Notes: generated from the letters alone by a model not told the origin. A DNA stretch of 41,562 nucleotides from an uncultured Lentimicrobiaceae bacterium (GCA_964395075.1 CAYNDN010000001.1:13182-54743); one strand, 5' to 3'; shown: positions 1 to 10,054, numbered from the stretch's first letter. Numbers and translations: made by a program.

Positions 1-1
1 A

Positions 2-334
2 GGAAATTTTGTAATTGTTGGCGGCGACTGGAATCAAAACCCTCCCGGCTTTGACCCGGGCCTGGTCAAGTCGGGTGATATTGCTGTAAAAAATGACCTG
101 GGAAGTATATCCACGGATTTTATGCCTGAAGGATGGATATGGGCTTTTGACGAAACATCACCATCCAATAGGTCTGTTGTTGAAACTTACCGCTATGGTA
201 AATCGTTAACCACTACTATCGATTACTTCTTACTCTCACCAAATATTGAAAACCAATCAGTTGTGGTAAGTGACCTCCGGTTTGCATCTTCAGATCACAA
301 TCCTGTTTTCCTGACCATTTTGTTTAAAGAATAA
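2..334 (+). CDS. C-terminal fragment of an endonuclease/exonuclease/phosphatase (EEP) family protein; the 5' end is off-window
   Basis: The frame is open from nt 2 to the TAA at 332-334, whereas the ORF track only starts at the internal Met at 122. The translation reads GNFVIVGGDWNQNPPG...FASSDHNPVFLTILFKE. The GDWN and SDHNP blocks are the typical C-terminal catalytic motifs of EEP enzymes. Confidence 0.7.
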   Translation, partial: GNFVIVGGDWNQNPPGFDPGLVKSGDIAVKNDLGSISTDFMPEGWIWAFDETSPSNRSVVETYRYGKSLTTTIDYFLLSPNIENQSVVVSDLRFASSDHNPVFLTILFKE

Positions 335-423
335 AATTGTCGAATATTAAATTTCATTTGAAAAAAAATAATTTGAGGTAACACCGGTATTTATTGGCAT
401 GGAGAAAGATTTCATATAGGCAC

Positions 424-451
424 TTGATAAATCTCTGTTTAAATAATTTTG
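424..451 (+). promoter_or_regulatory. Candidate Bacteroidota sigma-A promoter for the 521 gene
   Basis: TAATTTTG at 444-451 fits the Bacteroidetes -7 consensus TAnnTTTG exactly. A TTG sits 17 nt upstream at 424-426. The site lies about 70 nt upstream of the ATG at 521. This is a motif match only. Confidence 0.3.
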
Positions 452-520
452 TTTTGCGTTTATTTTATTTACCTTTATGCCTCTCTTTCATGAAGTTCCT
501 GTAAAAACACCTTAAAACTA

Positions 521-3091
521 ATGAAGACAACTTCAATATCGATATGGTTAGCCGCCCTGTGGTTTTTGGTATCTCCTGCGTTTTCGGGAGAAGTATCCGC
601 TGCTGTTTTATTGGGCGAAGATTGGGATAACCCTTTTTTGCAAAAGAACATTTCGTTTCAAAATATAGCTGAAGTTCCTGTAAACGCCAGTTTGTTTCCT
701 GATAATAATTTGAAAGCACCTACATACCCTGATCCTTTTCCTGAAAGCGACAGTTTGGTGTTGTTTGCCGGAAATGATACAACAATTTGTCTTACGGGGC
801 TTTACATTGAGGTATCTGGTGTTGCACAAAACTTTTATTATACTTCATGGGCAACCACAGGAGATGGTTTTTTTACCCAGGATACCAGTTTAAAAACCGA
901 ATATTTTCCCGGATTACAAGATATAGCCAATGGAGTAGCTGATATATATCTCGTAGGAATTATCGTAGAACCGCAATATGTGCAAATAATTGATTCTCTC
1001 AGAATTGAAATTGTCCAACCACCGGTTTGTTTTGCCGGAATTGATGATTTCTTATGCGAGGGCGACACATACCAGGCCAATGCAGAAGCCACCTCGTTTT
1101 CAGAATTAATATGGAATACATCCGGCGATGGTACTTTCGCTAACATCAACACTTTAAGCCCAACATATTTTCATGGCAGCAATGATTTAGCCAATGGCCA
1201 GGTTTTATTGGAGCTGGTTGCTTTTCCCAATGCCCCCTGCATTGTGCCTGATTTTAATCTGATGACATTGAATATTATTAAAAAGCCGATAGTGAATGCA
1301 GGGAACGACACCATTTTATGTGAAGGTCAAACCGTTCAACTGAATGCTGAGGTTATTAATGGGAATGGGGTTTTCTGGTCAAGTGCAGGTGATGGAACAT
1401 TTACGGAAATGATGGTTGCTAATCCGGTTTATATTCCCGGTCCTGTGGACATTGAAAACGGAGGATGTATGCTGGCAGCAAATGTTGCTACGGTTTTTCC
1501 ATGTGAGCCATGCCCGGGAGATAGTCTCTGGTTAGAAATAATCCCCCAACCTGATGTAAGTATAGGAGGCGACCAAACAATTTGTGAAAACGAACCACTT
1601 TCCTGTAATGCCACAGTTGAAAATTTTGAATCACTCCAATGGCAGGTACTTGGTGGAAATGGTTATTTTGAGGATGCATCCCAAATGAACACCATCTATC
1701 ACCCCGGTGAACATGAAAAAACCACCGGCATGTTCTACATCATATTGATAGTAACTGCCGATCACCCATGTAATTCCGGAATCAGTGCTTTTTTTAAAGT
1801 TGACATCGTAAATCAGGCAATTATTTCAGGCGGGCCCGATCAGTTGATTTGCAGTACCGACACAGCAAATTTTTATAGCATGGGCCTGAATTTTGAAGAT
1901 GTTTTTTGGGAAACAAACGGAGATGGTAGTTTTTTAGGAGATAACCAACTGAGCAGAAAATATGTTCCCGGAATTCAGGACATACAAAATGGTATTGTTG
2001 AAATATATATTTGTGCCACATCATCATCACCATGCGATGTGCTTATCTGCGATACGGTAGCGTTGTCGTTTCAACAACCTGCGGAAATTAATGCCGGACC
2101 CGATGTTTCAATATGTCAGGATGTTTTGTTGGCTGGTGAAGTTGAGCATTCAACACAAATTTATTGGAGCACAACAGGTGATGGAACTTTCGAAAATCAA
2201 AATGCTTTGGAAACGGTCTATCATGCAGGCACTGAAGATATTGAAAACCTAAATGTAACCTTGTCGCTGTTCGCTGAATCTCAGTCGCCCTGCGAAACAC
2301 TGGTTTCAGATAACCTTTCATTAATCATCGACCGGCCTGTTCTGGAATTTGCTGAGTTATCAGATCAGGAAGTTTTTGCCGGCGAATCAGTAAGCATGAG
2401 TCTGTTAATAGCATCACAGCAGGAGGTTTCCTATCAGTGGTATCATAATGGCGATATTATTAATGGTCAAAATACATCCCAACTGGTCTTAAATAATTGT
2501 CAGCCCACGGAAGCGGGACGGTATTATTGCATGTATTGGAATGATTGCTTTAGTTATTGTGGCGATACTGCCATGATAACTGTTTATTCACCTTCATCGC
2601 AGATGATAGCATTTACCGATGGGTGGAATGCGGTGTCATCCTACGTTTTGCCTTCGTCCACTGAAATTGAGGTAGTTTTGTCGCCAATAATCGATGAAAT
2701 TGTTATTTTATATGGTTCTGATGGGGTTTTTTATCCGGGTCAGGATGTTCAAACTTTTTCGAATTGGGATGATAACAAAGGGTATATTTTTAAAACCACA
2801 TCTGCTGTTAACCTTAACATAAATGGATTTGTAAAGCATCCTGCTGATGAAGTTACCCTTCAGCCAGGGTGGTCCTTGCTTCCGGTTGCACAGGGCTGTC
2901 CGGTGGCACCAGATATTTTATTCGGTGATTTTTCACAGATAACAGTCATCAAGGAGGTAGGTGGGTATAGGATTTGCTGGCCAGACAATAATATTTTCAC
3001 ACTGGAAAATATAAATCCCGGAAAAGCTTATGAGGTTTTCAACGCTTCAGATGAAGACGTTACAATAACTTTTCCGGGATGTGATGATTGA
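521..3091 (+). CDS. Secreted repeat protein: six ~88-aa modules, an Ig-like domain and unnamed C-terminal domain A, with no T9SS sorting domain
   Basis: 856-aa ORF with an N-terminal signal peptide (MKTTSISIWLAALWFLVSPAFSG). It carries six tandem modules with the pattern AG-D-x-x-IC ... W-x-(T/S)-x-GDG-x-F ... Y-x-PG-x-x-D-I-x-NG ... PC. An Ig I-set-like segment follows (YQWYHNGDIINGQNTSQLVLNNCQPTEAGRYYC). The last ~165 aa are homologous to segments of the 19722 and 26411 proteins. Confidence 0.85.
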   Translation: MKTTSISIWLAALWFLVSPAFSGEVSAAVLLGEDWDNPFLQKNISFQNIAEVPVNASLFPDNNLKAPTYPDPFPESDSLVLFAGNDTTICLTGLYIEVSGVAQNFYYTSWATTGDGFFTQDTSLKTEYFPGLQDIANGVADIYLVGIIVEPQYVQIIDSLRIEIVQPPVCFAGIDDFLCEGDTYQANAEATSFSELIWNTSGDGTFANINTLSPTYFHGSNDLANGQVLLELVAFPNAPCIVPDFNLMTLNIIKKPIVNAGNDTILCEGQTVQLNAEVINGNGVFWSSAGDGTFTEMMVANPVYIPGPVDIENGGCMLAANVATVFPCEPCPGDSLWLEIIPQPDVSIGGDQTICENEPLSCNATVENFESLQWQVLGGNGYFEDASQMNTIYHPGEHEKTTGMFYIILIVTADHPCNSGISAFFKVDIVNQAIISGGPDQLICSTDTANFYSMGLNFEDVFWETNGDGSFLGDNQLSRKYVPGIQDIQNGIVEIYICATSSSPCDVLICDTVALSFQQPAEINAGPDVSICQDVLLAGEVEHSTQIYWSTTGDGTFENQNALETVYHAGTEDIENLNVTLSLFAESQSPCETLVSDNLSLIIDRPVLEFAELSDQEVFAGESVSMSLLIASQQEVSYQWYHNGDIINGQNTSQLVLNNCQPTEAGRYYCMYWNDCFSYCGDTAMITVYSPSSQMIAFTDGWNAVSSYVLPSSTEIEVVLSPIIDEIVILYGSDGVFYPGQDVQTFSNWDDNKGYIFKTTSAVNLNINGFVKHPADEVTLQPGWSLLPVAQGCPVAPDILFGDFSQITVIKEVGGYRICWPDNNIFTLENINPGKAYEVFNASDEDVTITFPGCDD
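761..2338 (+). repeat. Six in-frame tandem coding repeats with a 264-nt (88-aa) period
   Basis: Module starts read from the sequence are 761 (LFAGNDTTIC), 1025 (VCFAGIDDFLC), 1289 (IVNAGNDTILC), 1553 (DVSIGGDQTIC), 1820 (IISGGPDQLIC) and 2084 (EINAGPDVSIC). The spacings are 264, 264, 264, 267 and 264 nt. The copies are diverged at the nucleotide level. Confidence 0.8.
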
Positions 3092-3103
3092 TGGTTAGTC
3101 TAA

Positions 3104-5263
3104 TTAACCTTCTTTCCTGCTTTCGATCAATATTTCCAAAATTTTAATGCCGGCTTCGGTCACAACTGTTCCAGGGCCAAAAATAGCTACCGCACCAGCT
3201 TCATAAAGGAAGTTATAATCCTGGTGAGGGATCACACCACCCACAATAACCATGATGTCTTCACGACCCAGTTTTTCGAGTTCCTTAATAACCTGTGGAA
3301 CAAGGGTTTTGTGCCCGGCAGCGAGGCTTGAAACGCCCAGCACGTGCACATCATTTTCTACGGCCTGGCGTGCAGCCTCTGCGGGGGTTTGGAATAATGG
3401 TCCGATGTCCACATCAAAACCAATGTCAGCATAGCCCGTTGAGACAACTTTTGCACCGCGGTCGTGGCCGTCCTGGCCCATTTTGGCAATCATGATCCGC
3501 GGACGCCGTCCTTCGATTTCTGCAAATTTGTTGGCCAGCTTTGTGGCTTTGGCGAATTTTTCGTCGCCTTTTGTCTCTGATGAATACACGCCTGAAATTG
3601 ATCTGATTACTGCTTTATACCTTCCAAAAACTTTTTCGCATGCATCTGATATTTCTCCAAGTGATGCTCTGCGTTTAGCTGCTTCTATCGATAACTCCAG
3701 CAGGTTGCCTTCACCTGTTTCACAGGCTGTGGTAATTGCTGAAAGTGCTTCCTGAACAGCTTCTTCGTTGCGCTGTGCTCTTAGTTTTTTCAAACGCTCA
3801 ATTTGGGATTTTCTTACAGCGGTATTGTCTACTTCAAGAATCTCCAGTGGATCTTCCTTTTCCAATCTGTATTTGTTCACACCTACGATGGTGTCTTTGT
3901 GGGAGTCGATCCTGGCTTGCTTACGGGCTGCAGCCTCTTCGATGCGCATTTTGGGCACACCGGTTTCAATGGCTTTGGCCATGCCGCCCAGTTTTTCAAC
4001 CTCTTCAATCAGCTTCCAGGCTTTGTGGGCTATCTCATGGGTGAGTTTCTCAACATAATAAGAACCCGCCCATGGGTCAACAGCTTTCGTAATATCGGTT
4101 TCTTCCTGTATGTAGATTTGGGTATTCCTGGCAATCCTTGCCGAAAAGTCTGTGGGCAGTGCAATAGCTTCGTCAAGTGCATTGGTGTGCAGCGATTGTG
4201 TATGGCCAAGTGTAGCACCCATGGCTTCTACACATGTACGGGCAACGTTGTTGAATGGATCCTGCTCTGTAAGACTCCAGCCTGAAGTCTGGCTGTGGGT
4301 ACGCAGGGCCATCGACTTGGGGTTTTTCGGGTTGAACCGCTTAACAATTTTTGCCCACAGCATTCTGGCTGCACGCATCTTGGCAATCTCCATAAAATGA
4401 TTCATACCAATGGCCCAGAAAAAGGAGAGGCGCGGTGCGAATGAATCGATATCCATACCTGCTTCCACACCTTTTTTCAGGTATTCCAAACCATCGGCCA
4501 GTGTGTATGCCAGTTCAAGGTCGGCGGTGGCGCCGGCCTCCTGCATGTGATACCCTGAAATACTTATGGAATTGAATTTGGGCATGTTTTGCGAGGTATA
4601 TTGAAAAATATCCGCAATAATGCGCATTGAAGGTAACGGTGGATAGATGTATGTGTTACGCACCATGAATTCTTTCAGGATGTCGTTCTGGATGGTACCT
4701 GTAAGCTGTTCCAGTTTTGCGCCCTGTTCAAGGCCGGCAACAATATAAAACGCCAGCACCGGAAGCACTGCACCATTCATTGTCATGGAAACCGACATTT
4801 TGTCAAGTGGTATCTGATCAAAAAGGATTTCCATATCGAGGATCGAATCCACGGCTACACCGGCTTTTCCCACATCGCCTTCTACGCGTGGGTGATCAGA
4901 ATCGTAACCACGGTGAGTGGCGAGGTCAAAAGCAATAGACAAACCTTTTTGTCCTGCTGCCAGGTTCCGGCGGTAAAAAGCGTTGGATTCTTCCGCAGTT
5001 GAAAAACCTGCATACTGGCGGATAGTCCAGGGACGCATAACATACATGGTGGAGTATGGGCCGTGCAGGTATGGCGGGATACCGGCGGCATAGTCCAGGT
5101 GCTCCATTTTTTCCAGGTCGGCCTTGGTGTAAACTGACTTTACGGGAATCTGTTCCGGTGTGAGCCAGTTTTCTTCTATTTTATTTTCACGCTCCCATTG
5201 CTGTGCATCATATCCGGCACGTGGCGCTGATTTAATATCTATATTCTTGAAATTCGGTTTCAT
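3104..5263 (-). CDS. mutB: Methylmalonyl-CoA mutase large (alpha, catalytic) subunit, B12-dependent
   Basis: 719 aa. It has the canonical MCM N-terminal block ([60 protein letters not shown]). The C-terminal cobalamin-binding domain carries the DxHxxG motif ([11 protein letters not shown]) and GGVIP. Confidence 0.95.
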   Translation of the reverse strand: MKPNFKNIDIKSAPRAGYDAQQWERENKIEENWLTPEQIPVKSVYTKADLEKMEHLDYAAGIPPYLHGPYSTMYVMRPWTIRQYAGFSTAEESNAFYRRNLAAGQKGLSIAFDLATHRGYDSDHPRVEGDVGKAGVAVDSILDMEILFDQIPLDKMSVSMTMNGAVLPVLAFYIVAGLEQGAKLEQLTGTIQNDILKEFMVRNTYIYPPLPSMRIIADIFQYTSQNMPKFNSISISGYHMQEAGATADLELAYTLADGLEYLKKGVEAGMDIDSFAPRLSFFWAIGMNHFMEIAKMRAARMLWAKIVKRFNPKNPKSMALRTHSQTSGWSLTEQDPFNNVARTCVEAMGATLGHTQSLHTNALDEAIALPTDFSARIARNTQIYIQEETDITKAVDPWAGSYYVEKLTHEIAHKAWKLIEEVEKLGGMAKAIETGVPKMRIEEAAARKQARIDSHKDTIVGVNKYRLEKEDPLEILEVDNTAVRKSQIERLKKLRAQRNEEAVQEALSAITTACETGEGNLLELSIEAAKRRASLGEISDACEKVFGRYKAVIRSISGVYSSETKGDEKFAKATKLANKFAEIEGRRPRIMIAKMGQDGHDRGAKVVSTGYADIGFDVDIGPLFQTPAEAARQAVENDVHVLGVSSLAAGHKTLVPQVIKELEKLGREDIMVIVGGVIPHQDYNFLYEAGAVAIFGPGTVVTEAGIKILEILIESRKEG

Positions 5264-5281
5264 AAATTCAATTTTAAAAGG

Positions 5282-7183
5282 TTAAGCAATGCCAAGCATT
5301 TTCTGGAAGTTTGTTAATGTTTCCAGCACATTGGATTTAACATGAATGAAATGCTTCAATCCTTTTTTCTTGAGTTCATCGATGGTATCTTTTGGATATC
5401 CGGCAATGACCACGATGGCTTTTTCACCCATTTTTTCCAGAATATCAGGGGCAATCACCGGGTAGTCGTCATCTGTAGCGCAAACCACAACTATTTCGGC
5501 TTTGCTTTCCAGTGCAGCTTTAACGCCATCATCTACGGTTTTAAATCCGTTGTTGTCGATGATTTCGTAACCGGCGCAAGCAAAAAAGTTTCCTGAGAAT
5601 TGTGACCTGGCACGGCGCATCGAGAGGCTGCCGTAAGTGAGCATGAATGCCGCCGGGCGCTTGTTTTTTCGTGAGAAAGTGTCAGTTTTGGCACGCATTT
5701 GCTCAAATGGCTGGGCTCCGCGATAGGGCTTCAGGGTTTCCACAATTGCATTTTCCATGGAGTAATCGGCTGGCTCCATTACTATGTCCCGGATGCTTTC
5801 ATCAAGATGTTCTGTGTAATTGGGATACTGGTTCGATCCCACCAAAACTTTCTTGCGTGAAGCAATCGCTATGTTGCGGCCCTCAGCGTTTTCTTTGATT
5901 TGTTTCTGAATGATGCCTTTTTTGAATGCTTCGATAAACCCACCCTGATCATCAATTTCAAGAAAAAGCTTCCAGGCTTCTTCAATCAATGTATCTGTTA
6001 GGTTTTCGATGTAGTAGGAGCCGGCGCCCGGATCAACAATTTTATCAAGATAGGATTCCTCTTTCAACAGCAACTGCTGGTTGCGGGCAATGCGCTCCGA
6101 AAATTCGGTGGGTTGCTGATAAATGGCGTTAAACGGTTTTACGGTGAGTGAATTGGTTCCGCCAATAATCGCCGACATACTTTCGGTTGTTGAGCGGAGC
6201 ATGTTCACATAGGGATCGTAAAGTGTTTTGTTCCAGTCGGCGGTAACCGAGTGGATGTGTGTGCGGGTGATTTCAGCGTTGGACGGGCCATAAGCATTCA
6301 CCACTTTTGCCCATAGAAAGCGGGCAGCACGAACCTTGGCAATCTCCATAAAATAGCTTGATCCAACAGCAAAATGGAATTTGATGTTAGGGGCAATGTC
6401 ATCTATGGAAATACCTTTTTCGGTGAGCCGGCTAAGGTACTCGTTTCCATACGCCATGGCAAAGGCCAGCTCCTGAACGATGTTTGATCCTGAGTTTTTA
6501 AAATGTGTAGCATTAACTGAAAGCGTACGGAAATGCGGGATGTGCTTGCTGTCTTCAATGATGCCGGCGCAATCCTCAAAATCCTGTTTTTCACTTATAT
6601 AAAAGTTGCCACCAACTATCAGGTTGTTTATGGGGTCGAAGTTAACCGCACCATGAATTTTTTGCAAATCGCGGTTATATTTTTTAATCAGCTCCAGATA
6701 GATATTTAAAATGTTTGGTGCCTGTTTTCCGCAAGTAAAATTCACCTCCACAATCTGAGCATAGATGTTCTCCATCAGTTGCTCAATATCATCGGTCGAA
6801 TATTCGTGGTTTTGATCCAGCACAAATCCCAGTGAATCAACACCCTTCATCAGGATATCAAGTGCTTTCTTATTGGCCTCTTTGATATCTTTTACAGCAA
6901 TGTTCTGACGCACAAACCAGTTGTTTTCCTTTTTGCGGCCGCTGCGCACAAACGGAAAATCTCCGGGAAACACATCTAAATATCCAAGCTTTTCCAGGTC
7001 TTTTTTTCGGTAGTAAGGGTTTACCCTGAATCCCTCCGGAGTATGCCAAACAAGTTTATGCTCATAATCGGCACCTTTCAGGTCTTTGTTAATCACAGCT
7101 TCCCATTGTTCGGTGCTAACCGGAGGGAAGTTTTCGAAGAGCTTTTTTTGCTCCTCCTGCTTTTTGAAATCATCCATAATCAA
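5282..7183 (-). CDS. mutA: Methylmalonyl-CoA mutase small (beta) subunit
   Basis: 633 aa, lying 18 nt upstream of mutB on the same strand. It is MCM-like over the TIM-barrel region (FMEIAKVRAARFLWAKVV, RIARNQQLLLKEES). The C-terminal Rossmann-like domain has no DxHxxG cobalamin ligand motif, as expected for the non-catalytic subunit. Confidence 0.88.
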   Translation of the reverse strand: MIMDDFKKQEEQKKLFENFPPVSTEQWEAVINKDLKGADYEHKLVWHTPEGFRVNPYYRKKDLEKLGYLDVFPGDFPFVRSGRKKENNWFVRQNIAVKDIKEANKKALDILMKGVDSLGFVLDQNHEYSTDDIEQLMENIYAQIVEVNFTCGKQAPNILNIYLELIKKYNRDLQKIHGAVNFDPINNLIVGGNFYISEKQDFEDCAGIIEDSKHIPHFRTLSVNATHFKNSGSNIVQELAFAMAYGNEYLSRLTEKGISIDDIAPNIKFHFAVGSSYFMEIAKVRAARFLWAKVVNAYGPSNAEITRTHIHSVTADWNKTLYDPYVNMLRSTTESMSAIIGGTNSLTVKPFNAIYQQPTEFSERIARNQQLLLKEESYLDKIVDPGAGSYYIENLTDTLIEEAWKLFLEIDDQGGFIEAFKKGIIQKQIKENAEGRNIAIASRKKVLVGSNQYPNYTEHLDESIRDIVMEPADYSMENAIVETLKPYRGAQPFEQMRAKTDTFSRKNKRPAAFMLTYGSLSMRRARSQFSGNFFACAGYEIIDNNGFKTVDDGVKAALESKAEIVVVCATDDDYPVIAPDILEKMGEKAIVVIAGYPKDTIDELKKKGLKHFIHVKSNVLETLTNFQKMLGIA

Positions 7184-7874
7184 CCGCTTTGGTTTTATTT
7201 AATTTTGATGTTATATACTTAATAAACAACTTGTTTAATCTAAAACTGCCGGCAAAATTATAATAATAAGAATTGCGGTTTGAGAAGTTGTTGTTAAAGG
7301 CCTAACAATATCGGTTACAAAGTCTGACAGTGAAATGACCCGGATGGGATTCTAAAGTTAAACTGCTGTTTTGGATACGTTTCTGGTTTTTTGGAGTTCT
7401 TCAACATCTGTTTAGTCTATTAACCTTTCAGAAGCAATTTTTTATGGGGTTCAAACAGGGCGTCCATTGATTACTTTAAATGTTATTCTTTTAAAGCTGG
7501 CATCTGATAATTGAGCAAGTTCTTTGGCATACATGGCCTTGATCATTTCATGGGCGATCCTGAAATTTTCAAGTTTACAAAACGCTGTAATTACAATTAC
7601 ATATTTGGCAATTAGTCACTTCAAAAAAATAAACCTGTTTTCATCAACTTTACCAAAAACACGCCCCTTTATCAACAATTGTCAATATCTGATTCCCGAA
7701 TCCTGTCTTTTTGTCAGCAAAAATGTCAGTGTGTTAAATTGAGAGACGAAATTGATTTATAATCCTGTACACCACAGAGCTAAAGGGTTTTGAGTGTTTT
7801 TACTTCATAATGATAACCCCAGGCTTGCCATAAACCACCTAAAAAAGAAATCATTATCGCTGTTGGCACAATGA

Positions 7875-7905
7875 TTGACAAACGGCGGGTCGATTCATAA
7901 AGTTG
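7875..7905 (+). promoter_or_regulatory. Candidate dnaK promoter
   Basis: TTGACA (7875-7880), a 17-nt spacer, then TAAAGT (7898-7903). The same site read as TAAAGTTG (7898-7905) is one mismatch from the Bacteroidetes -7 box TAnnTTTG. It ends 32 nt upstream of the dnaK ATG. This is a motif match only. Confidence 0.3.
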
Positions 7906-7936
7906 AAATTTAAAATTTAAAAAGGAAAAATATATT

Positions 7937-9862
7937 ATGGGAAAAATAATTGGAATCGACTTAGGAACCACAAACTCATGTGTGGCTGTGATGGAAGGTA
8001 ACGAACCTGTTGTAATCCCCAATTCGGAGGGACGTCGCACTACACCTTCAATTGTTGCCTTTACAGAAAATAATGAACGCAAAATTGGTGACCCTGCAAA
8101 ACGTCAGGCCATCACCAACCCAACCCAAACCGTTTATTCAATTAAGCGTTTTATGGGCGAACCCTGGGATCGTGTGCAAACCGAAACCAACAGGGTATCG
8201 TACAAAGTTATAAAAGGTGAAAACAACACACCACGTGTAAAAATTCAGGAGCGTCAGTACACCCCGCAGGAAATCTCAGCTATGGTACTCCAGAAAATGA
8301 AGAAAACCGCTGAAGATTATCTCGGAACAACCGTTTCAGAAGCTGTGATTACTGTTCCTGCTTACTTTAGCGATTCTCAGCGGCAGGCTACCAAAGAAGC
8401 CGGTGAAATTGCAGGCCTGAAAGTAAAAAGGATCATCAATGAGCCAACAGCCGCTTCGCTGGCTTATGGCCTCGATAAAAAGCATGATGATAACAAAATT
8501 GCCGTATTTGACCTGGGTGGAGGTACTTTTGATATTTCAATCCTTGAACTGGGTGACGGTGTTTTTGAAGTAAAATCAACCAACGGTGATACACACCTTG
8601 GTGGTGATGACTTTGACCAGGTAATTATCGACTGGCTGGCACAGGAATTTCAGAACGATCACAACATCAACCTGAAAAAAGACCCGATGGCACTCCAGCG
8701 TTTGAAGGAAGCTGCCGAAAAAGCCAAGATCGAACTCTCAAGCTCCAGCGAAACAGAGATCAACCTGCCGTACATTATGCCGGTTGACGGAATCCCGCAA
8801 CACCTGGTACGTAAACTTACCCGCTCAAAATTTGAGCAGCTTGCCGACACATTGATCAAAAGAACCATAGAGCCTTGTAGGCTTGCGCTGAAAGATGCCG
8901 GTATCTCTGCATCAGAAATTGATGAAGTGATCCTCGTGGGTGGTTCAACACGTATGCCGGCCATTCAGCAGGTGGTAAAAGATTTCTTTGGTAAAGAGCC
9001 TTCAAAAGGTGTGAATCCGGATGAGGTTGTTGCCATTGGAGCGGCTATCCAGGGTGGTGTTTTAACTGGTGAGGTTAAGGATGTATTACTGCTTGATGTT
9101 ACTCCACTCACATTGGGTATCGAAACTCTTGGTGGTGTGATGACAAAACTGATCGCATCGAATACGACCATCCCAACCAAGAAATCAGAAACATTCTCAA
9201 CTGCTGCCGATAATCAGCCATCTGTTGAAATTCATGTTTTGCAGGGTGAGCGTTCAATGGCAAAAGACAACAAAACCATTGGCCGTTTCCACTTAGACGG
9301 TATTCCACCGGCACCACGCGGAGTTCCTCAAATTGAAGTTACTTTCGATATTGATGCCAACGGTATTTTAAATGTATCAGCAAAAGATAAGGGAACCGGT
9401 AAAACACAAAGTATCCGCATCGAGGCCTCATCAGGATTAACTGAAGATGAAATCAACAAGATGAAAGCCGAAGCCGAAGCCAATGCTGACGCAGATAAAA
9501 AAGTGAAAGAGCGCATTGACAAGTTGAACCAGGCTGACTCGCTGATCTTCCAGACAGAAAAGCAACTTAAGGAGTTCGGCGACAAGATTCCTGCCGACAA
9601 GAAGAAGCCAATCGAAGACGCACTCAATGAGCTGAAAGAAGCCCACAAGGCTGAAAACATCGAAGGTATAGATGCTGCAACTGCAAAGCTGAATGAGGTA
9701 TTCCAGGCAGCAAGCCAGGAAATGTACAATGCCGGGCAACAGCAAGGCGGACAGCCCGGAGCTCAACCCGGACCCGATCAGCAACCCGGCGGACAGCAAG
9801 GCGGCGGTGGCGACGATGAGGTTACCGATGTTGATTTTGAAGAAGTGAAAGACGATAAATAA
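7937..9862 (+). CDS. dnaK: Molecular chaperone DnaK (Hsp70)
   Basis: 641 aa with the Hsp70 signatures [25 protein letters not shown] and [14 protein letters not shown]. The tail is a Gly/Gln-rich acidic segment ending EEVKDDK. Confidence 0.97.
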   Translation: MGKIIGIDLGTTNSCVAVMEGNEPVVIPNSEGRRTTPSIVAFTENNERKIGDPAKRQAITNPTQTVYSIKRFMGEPWDRVQTETNRVSYKVIKGENNTPRVKIQERQYTPQEISAMVLQKMKKTAEDYLGTTVSEAVITVPAYFSDSQRQATKEAGEIAGLKVKRIINEPTAASLAYGLDKKHDDNKIAVFDLGGGTFDISILELGDGVFEVKSTNGDTHLGGDDFDQVIIDWLAQEFQNDHNINLKKDPMALQRLKEAAEKAKIELSSSSETEINLPYIMPVDGIPQHLVRKLTRSKFEQLADTLIKRTIEPCRLALKDAGISASEIDEVILVGGSTRMPAIQQVVKDFFGKEPSKGVNPDEVVAIGAAIQGGVLTGEVKDVLLLDVTPLTLGIETLGGVMTKLIASNTTIPTKKSETFSTAADNQPSVEIHVLQGERSMAKDNKTIGRFHLDGIPPAPRGVPQIEVTFDIDANGILNVSAKDKGTGKTQSIRIEASSGLTEDEINKMKAEAEANADADKKVKERIDKLNQADSLIFQTEKQLKEFGDKIPADKKKPIEDALNELKEAHKAENIEGIDAATAKLNEVFQAASQEMYNAGQQQGGQPGAQPGPDQQPGGQQGGGGDDEVTDVDFEEVKDDK

Positions 9863-9882
9863 TAGTAATAATTGGATATTGA

Positions 9883-9912
9883 AAGCCCCGAAATTTTTCG
9901 GGGCTTTTTTTA
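9883..9912 (+). terminator. Rho-independent terminator of dnaK
   Basis: aaaGCCCCGAAAtttttCGGGGCttttttt. This is a GC-rich perfect stem (GCCCCGAA/TTCGGGGC) followed by a T7 run, 21 nt after the dnaK stop. Confidence 0.85.
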
Positions 9913-10054
9913 TGCTTTAGTTGTTAACAATAGGGCTTTTACGTTTTTGGATTTTTCTAATTTTAATGCCTTTTTCTTAACAAAAATTTAAATTCTTTTA
10001 CAAGCGAAATAGCCTTTTAATTAACATCTTTGTCAACTATTTAAATTGCGGAAT

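Noticed and set aside
3252-4400. A series of plus-strand ORFs of 60-160 aa (for example 3803-4285, 3736-4044, 3483-3755) lying inside mutB
   Set aside because: They are antisense or shadow frames of a gene with unambiguous MCM homology. Their translations are low-complexity (Ser/Ala/Leu/Arg-rich) with no recognisable motifs.
7446-7462. GGGGTTCAAACAGGGCG, which superficially resembles a tRNA T-arm (GGTTCAAA)
   Set aside because: There is no complementary 3' half for the T-stem, and no acceptor or anticodon arms in the flanks. It is not a tRNA.
7184-7520. A possible cobalamin riboswitch in the mutA leader, since the enzyme is B12-dependent
   Set aside because: I read the minus strand for the B12-box core (GCCACTG-like) and the conserved GGGAA/GGTGAAA helices and found none. 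B12 riboswitches normally control B12 uptake, synthesis or B12-independent isozymes, not the mutase itself.
7524-7742. A 72-aa plus-strand ORF in the mutA-dnaK intergenic region
   Set aside because: The sequence is hydrophobic and low-complexity, produced by AT-rich DNA. It has no ribosome-binding context and no motif I recognise, so I cannot support it as a gene.
7780-8082. A 100-aa minus-strand ORF overlapping the dnaK start
   Set aside because: It overlaps the first 146 nt of dnaK in antisense, and its upstream part lies in AT-rich spacer. It is almost certainly spurious.
10046-10054. TTG start given in the ORF track for the first island gene (likewise TTG 30861 for the GNAT gene)
   Set aside because: In-frame ATGs three codons downstream (10055 and 30870) give canonical MK-type N-termini. 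I kept the ATG starts, though the TTG starts cannot be formally excluded.
9913-10054. A phase-variable (invertible) promoter or a DGR-type diversification mechanism for the surface-protein island
   Set aside because: There are no flanking inverted repeats bracketing the promoter regions at 9913-10054, 19671-19721 or 26253-26410. The window holds no recombinase/invertase, no reverse transcriptase and no template-repeat copy.
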